64,000 bases of DNA from NCBI GenBank assembly GCA_965249545.1, contig CBDFMH010000005.1, forward strand, positions 604,126-668,125. Reading direction: 5' to 3'. The DNA comes from Pirellulales bacterium. GTDB taxonomy: Bacteria > Planctomycetota > Planctomycetia > Pirellulales > UBA1268. Positions within the stretch are counted from its first letter, which is position 1. The number at the start of each line of letters is the position of its first letter. Under the pieces are notes generated by a model. It was given only the letters and a program-made list of their open reading frames with translations, was not told the DNA's origin and did no database searches. This document shows, piece after piece, positions 61,485 through 64,000 of the stretch. Made by a program: the position numbers and the translations under genes.

Positions 61485-61518
61485 AAGGGAGTCGGCATTT
61501 GCCGGCTCCCTTTTTTTT
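61485..61518 (+). terminator. Rho-independent terminator
   Basis: Stem GGGAGTCGGC / GCCGGCTCCC with loop ATTT followed by T8, ~27 nt after the stop codon. Confidence 0.9.
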
Positions 61519-61562
61519 ATATTAGAATTTGTGGGATTACCAACATTCCTCACCAACACGTC

Positions 61563-62324
61563 ATGCAGGCCACGCACCACTCACCTCCTCAATGGCCTCC
61601 CGGAACAACGGTCGTACAGATAGCAACATACAACGAATCCGCTTCGATTGGTTCGCTTATCACGGCAATTCATACGGCCGTTCCACATGCTCATATCCTC
61701 GTCATTGATGACAACTCACCTGACGGTACAGCACAAATCGTTGCGGAAGAGGCTGATAAAAATGAACGTGTTCACCTTCTTTTACGTACTGATTGTCGAG
61801 GGCTTGGCACGGCGACACTAGAGGGAATTCAGTGGGCATGGAAAAGATCCGCTGGTGTTGTCGTTCATCTTGATGGAGACTTCAGCCATAATCCTGCCGA
61901 TATCCCACGATTGATCGCAGCACTCACGCCACCAGACGAAATGCCATTCGATATTGCTATTGGGTCACGGAAGATACCTGGTGGAGCTGTCACCGGTTGG
62001 CCACTGAAGCGGCATATCATCAGTTGGCTCGTGTGCTGGTTCACGCGCATTGTCCTACGTGTTCCTGTCCGTGACGGATCCAGTGGCTTTCGTGCGATTC
62101 GCATGCAGTGCATCGCAAATATTGATCTCACTCATCTTGCCTCCGGCTATGCTTTTTTTGAAGATTTTTTGTGGCGGGCACATCAATCAGGAGCTCGTAC
62201 GACAGAGATCCCAATAACCTTCACAAACAGAAAACTTGGAGCAAGCAAAGCGAGTGGCATCGAAATGCTTCGAGGCGCACGAGATTTGATGAGACTCGCA
62301 GTGCAAACCTGGCTCAGGTTTTGA
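61563..62324 (+). CDS. Polyprenol monophosphomannose synthase-like GT2 glycosyltransferase
   Basis: ATYNE, VIDDNSPDGT, GLGTA, LDGDFSHNP, IGSR, DGSSGFR, GYAF, EIPITF.NR..G.SK. Confidence 0.88.
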   Translation: MQATHHSPPQWPPGTTVVQIATYNESASIGSLITAIHTAVPHAHILVIDDNSPDGTAQIVAEEADKNERVHLLLRTDCRGLGTATLEGIQWAWKRSAGVVVHLDGDFSHNPADIPRLIAALTPPDEMPFDIAIGSRKIPGGAVTGWPLKRHIISWLVCWFTRIVLRVPVRDGSSGFRAIRMQCIANIDLTHLASGYAFFEDFLWRAHQSGARTTEIPITFTNRKLGASKASGIEMLRGARDLMRLAVQTWLRF

Positions 62325-62341
62325 TGCAGTATTTAAGCAGG

Positions 62342-64000
62342 CTATCGCTCAGACTCTGTCAGTTGTCGATAGTATTTCAACCCTGGGATGAAAAAGCAGC
62401 CACCACTTACCAGCCCGAAGAGAATATGCTGAAACTGAGGAAGTCCACACATGATTAAACCTGTAGCAAACAGGCAAATCGACTGAATGTAAAAAACTCC
62501 AGATAATATTCCTGCTTTTGCGAAAAACATAAGTCCCGCCAGTAATGCGAGAACTGGTGAAAGTTTCAGGACGGGTAAGCCGAGCAACTCCTCAACAGAA
62601 AAAAGCAGCATGCTGGCGATCATTGTGCCGCCCCAGATATGAGCAACTTGTCGTTCAACGGCTGTTACCGGACCCGCTCTGTGCCGAAGTGCCCAAAAGA
62701 TGGGTGCCCACAAGGCAAGACCACCCGTCCACAGAACAACATACGGCCAGCGGTTTTCGACTCCCTGCCACGCGAGTACATCTGTAATGACTGACAAAAT
62801 GAGCACGACAACCGAATGCCACATCCAGAGAAGGCCCCAATTTTCTAAGACAACGGCATGATGTGTTTCCCGGAGAAGCCGGGAAACAACATCGAGAACT
62901 CCGCCTTGGCGGGCTGCAATCGGCTCACTTGCTAGAAATGCGCGAAGATCATTGGCCAAGTCTGCTGCTGATGCGTAACGCAGATCCTGTGGCTTTTGAA
63001 GCGTCTTGAGGGCAATCATTTCCAGATCACGATTGACCTCGCGGTTAATTGAGCGAGGGAGAGGCGGCTCAACTTCCAAGACAGCGAGTAATGTATCCAT
63101 CGGACTCGATGCCTGGAACGGTGGTCTATCAACAAGCACCTGATAGAGAATCGCACCAAGACTCCACACATCACTCACCGGTCCAACATCTCCTCGACTC
63201 CCAGCGGCCTGCTCCGGTGACATGTAGCAGGGAGTACCGAGAATTGCGCCCGTGTGCGTCATTGTCTGATTTCCTTCAAGCCGTTTGGCTAGACCAAAAT
63301 CAGAGACATGTGGTTTACCTGCTAGATCGATAAGAATGTTCGATGGTTTCAGATCGCGGTGAAGAACTCCTCGAGTATGTGCAGCCTGAACAGCTTCAGC
63401 CACACGAAGCAAAATTTGTGCGCCTTCTCTTGGTGGAATTGGACCAACTTGTAATCGTTTTGAAAGTGTCGTCCCTTCGATATATCTCATCGAATAAAAT
63501 GGATGGCCTTGATACTCTCCAACTTCAAAGATGGAGACAATACCAGGATGATCCAGTTGAGCAGCCGCCTCAGCCTCACTGCGAAACCGTGTGAGATCTG
63601 CTTGACTTGCCAGGTCACGACGCAAGAGCATCTTGACTGCAACGACTCTTTGAAGACTTTTTTGAACAGCGCGATAGACAATCCCCATGCCTCCACGGCC
63701 GATTTCCTCGAGAAGCTCATACTCTCCAAATTGAGCTGGCAGCGAAGAGACACCGGGTACAAACCCATCTCCAATGAATGGCCTCATACGTTGCTGTTCA
63801 GCAGCCAGTTCTCCCCCGCGATCATCGCGCATGATAATCGTAGATTCCATTGCCACAGCATCGGTAACAGACACCGTTGCAAATAGTTCGCGGAGTTGTC
63901 CTGCTAAATCAGTATTTTGAAGACAGAGCTTTTCAAGCCGTACGTGCGCTTGATCGACTGGCCCCGTTGTTAAGTCTTCCAGCAGAACTGCTAAACGCTC
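62342..64000 (-). CDS. Hanks-type Ser/Thr protein kinase with a C-terminal multi-TM domain; 5'-truncated by the window edge
   Basis: IGRGGMGIVY, VAVK, HRDLKPSN, DFGLAK, GTPCYMSPEQ, DVWSLG. The frame stays open from 63874 to 64000 (ERLAVLLED...LAGQLRELF). Confidence 0.93.
   Translation of the reverse strand, partial: ERLAVLLEDLTTGPVDQAHVRLEKLCLQNTDLAGQLRELFATVSVTDAVAMESTIIMRDDRGGELAAEQQRMRPFIGDGFVPGVSSLPAQFGEYELLEEIGRGGMGIVYRAVQKSLQRVVAVKMLLRRDLASQADLTRFRSEAEAAAQLDHPGIVSIFEVGEYQGHPFYSMRYIEGTTLSKRLQVGPIPPREGAQILLRVAEAVQAAHTRGVLHRDLKPSNILIDLAGKPHVSDFGLAKRLEGNQTMTHTGAILGTPCYMSPEQAAGSRGDVGPVSDVWSLGAILYQVLVDRPPFQASSPMDTLLAVLEVEPPLPRSINREVNRDLEMIALKTLQKPQDLRYASAADLANDLRAFLASEPIAARQGGVLDVVSRLLRETHHAVVLENWGLLWMWHSVVVLILSVITDVLAWQGVENRWPYVVLWTGGLALWAPIFWALRHRAGPVTAVERQVAHIWGGTMIASMLLFSVEELLGLPVLKLSPVLALLAGLMFFAKAGILSGVFYIQSICLFATGLIMCGLPQFQHILFGLVSGGCFFIPGLKYYRQLTESER

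Noticed and set aside
1..64000. CRISPR arrays, tRNA/rRNA genes, transposases, integrases and phage genes
   Set aside because: No regularly spaced repeats, tRNA-like intergenic segments or mobile-element motifs were seen by eye; short RNAs could have been missed.

Overview
A gene-dense chromosomal segment of about 46 CDS from a planctomycete, probably a marine Pirellulales-like lineage from sunlit water. The assignment is inferred from three DUF1549/DUF1553 cytochrome + DUF1501 gene pairs, two DUF1559 prepilin-like genes, DUF1080, a planctomycete-type BamA, a Hanks kinase and a CPD photolyase. I saw no rRNA, tRNA, CRISPR array, IS element or prophage. Housekeeping genes include hemE, a ccsA/hemX-like gene with hemA, rpiB, miaE, csrA, a phoB/phoR-like two-component pair, a SNF2 helicase and bamA. 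Main observations: (1) a four-gene minus-strand operon at 14.7-19.5 kb (DUF1559 pilin-like protein, phytase-like esterase, small lipoprotein, choice-of-anchor-I alkaline-phosphatase-like protein). It is preceded by four hexamer direct repeats at an exact 11-bp period (Pho-box architecture), making it a candidate Pho-regulated organic-phosphorus utilisation locus built around a pilin-like protein. (2) A secreted redoxin/cytochrome c/PHM-type copper monooxygenase/EF-hand fusion that retains all six copper ligands. (3) A degenerate YrdC domain fused to a YwlE-type arginine phosphatase. (4) A ~220-aa Pro/Gln-rich insertion in BamA. (5) A monocistronic pilin-like gene whose leader shows a CsrA-type ACGGA hairpin loop. 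(6) Five frameshifts clustered at 11.9-19.2 kb, from either assembly error or local decay. All calls come from reading motifs by eye; no database searches were run.
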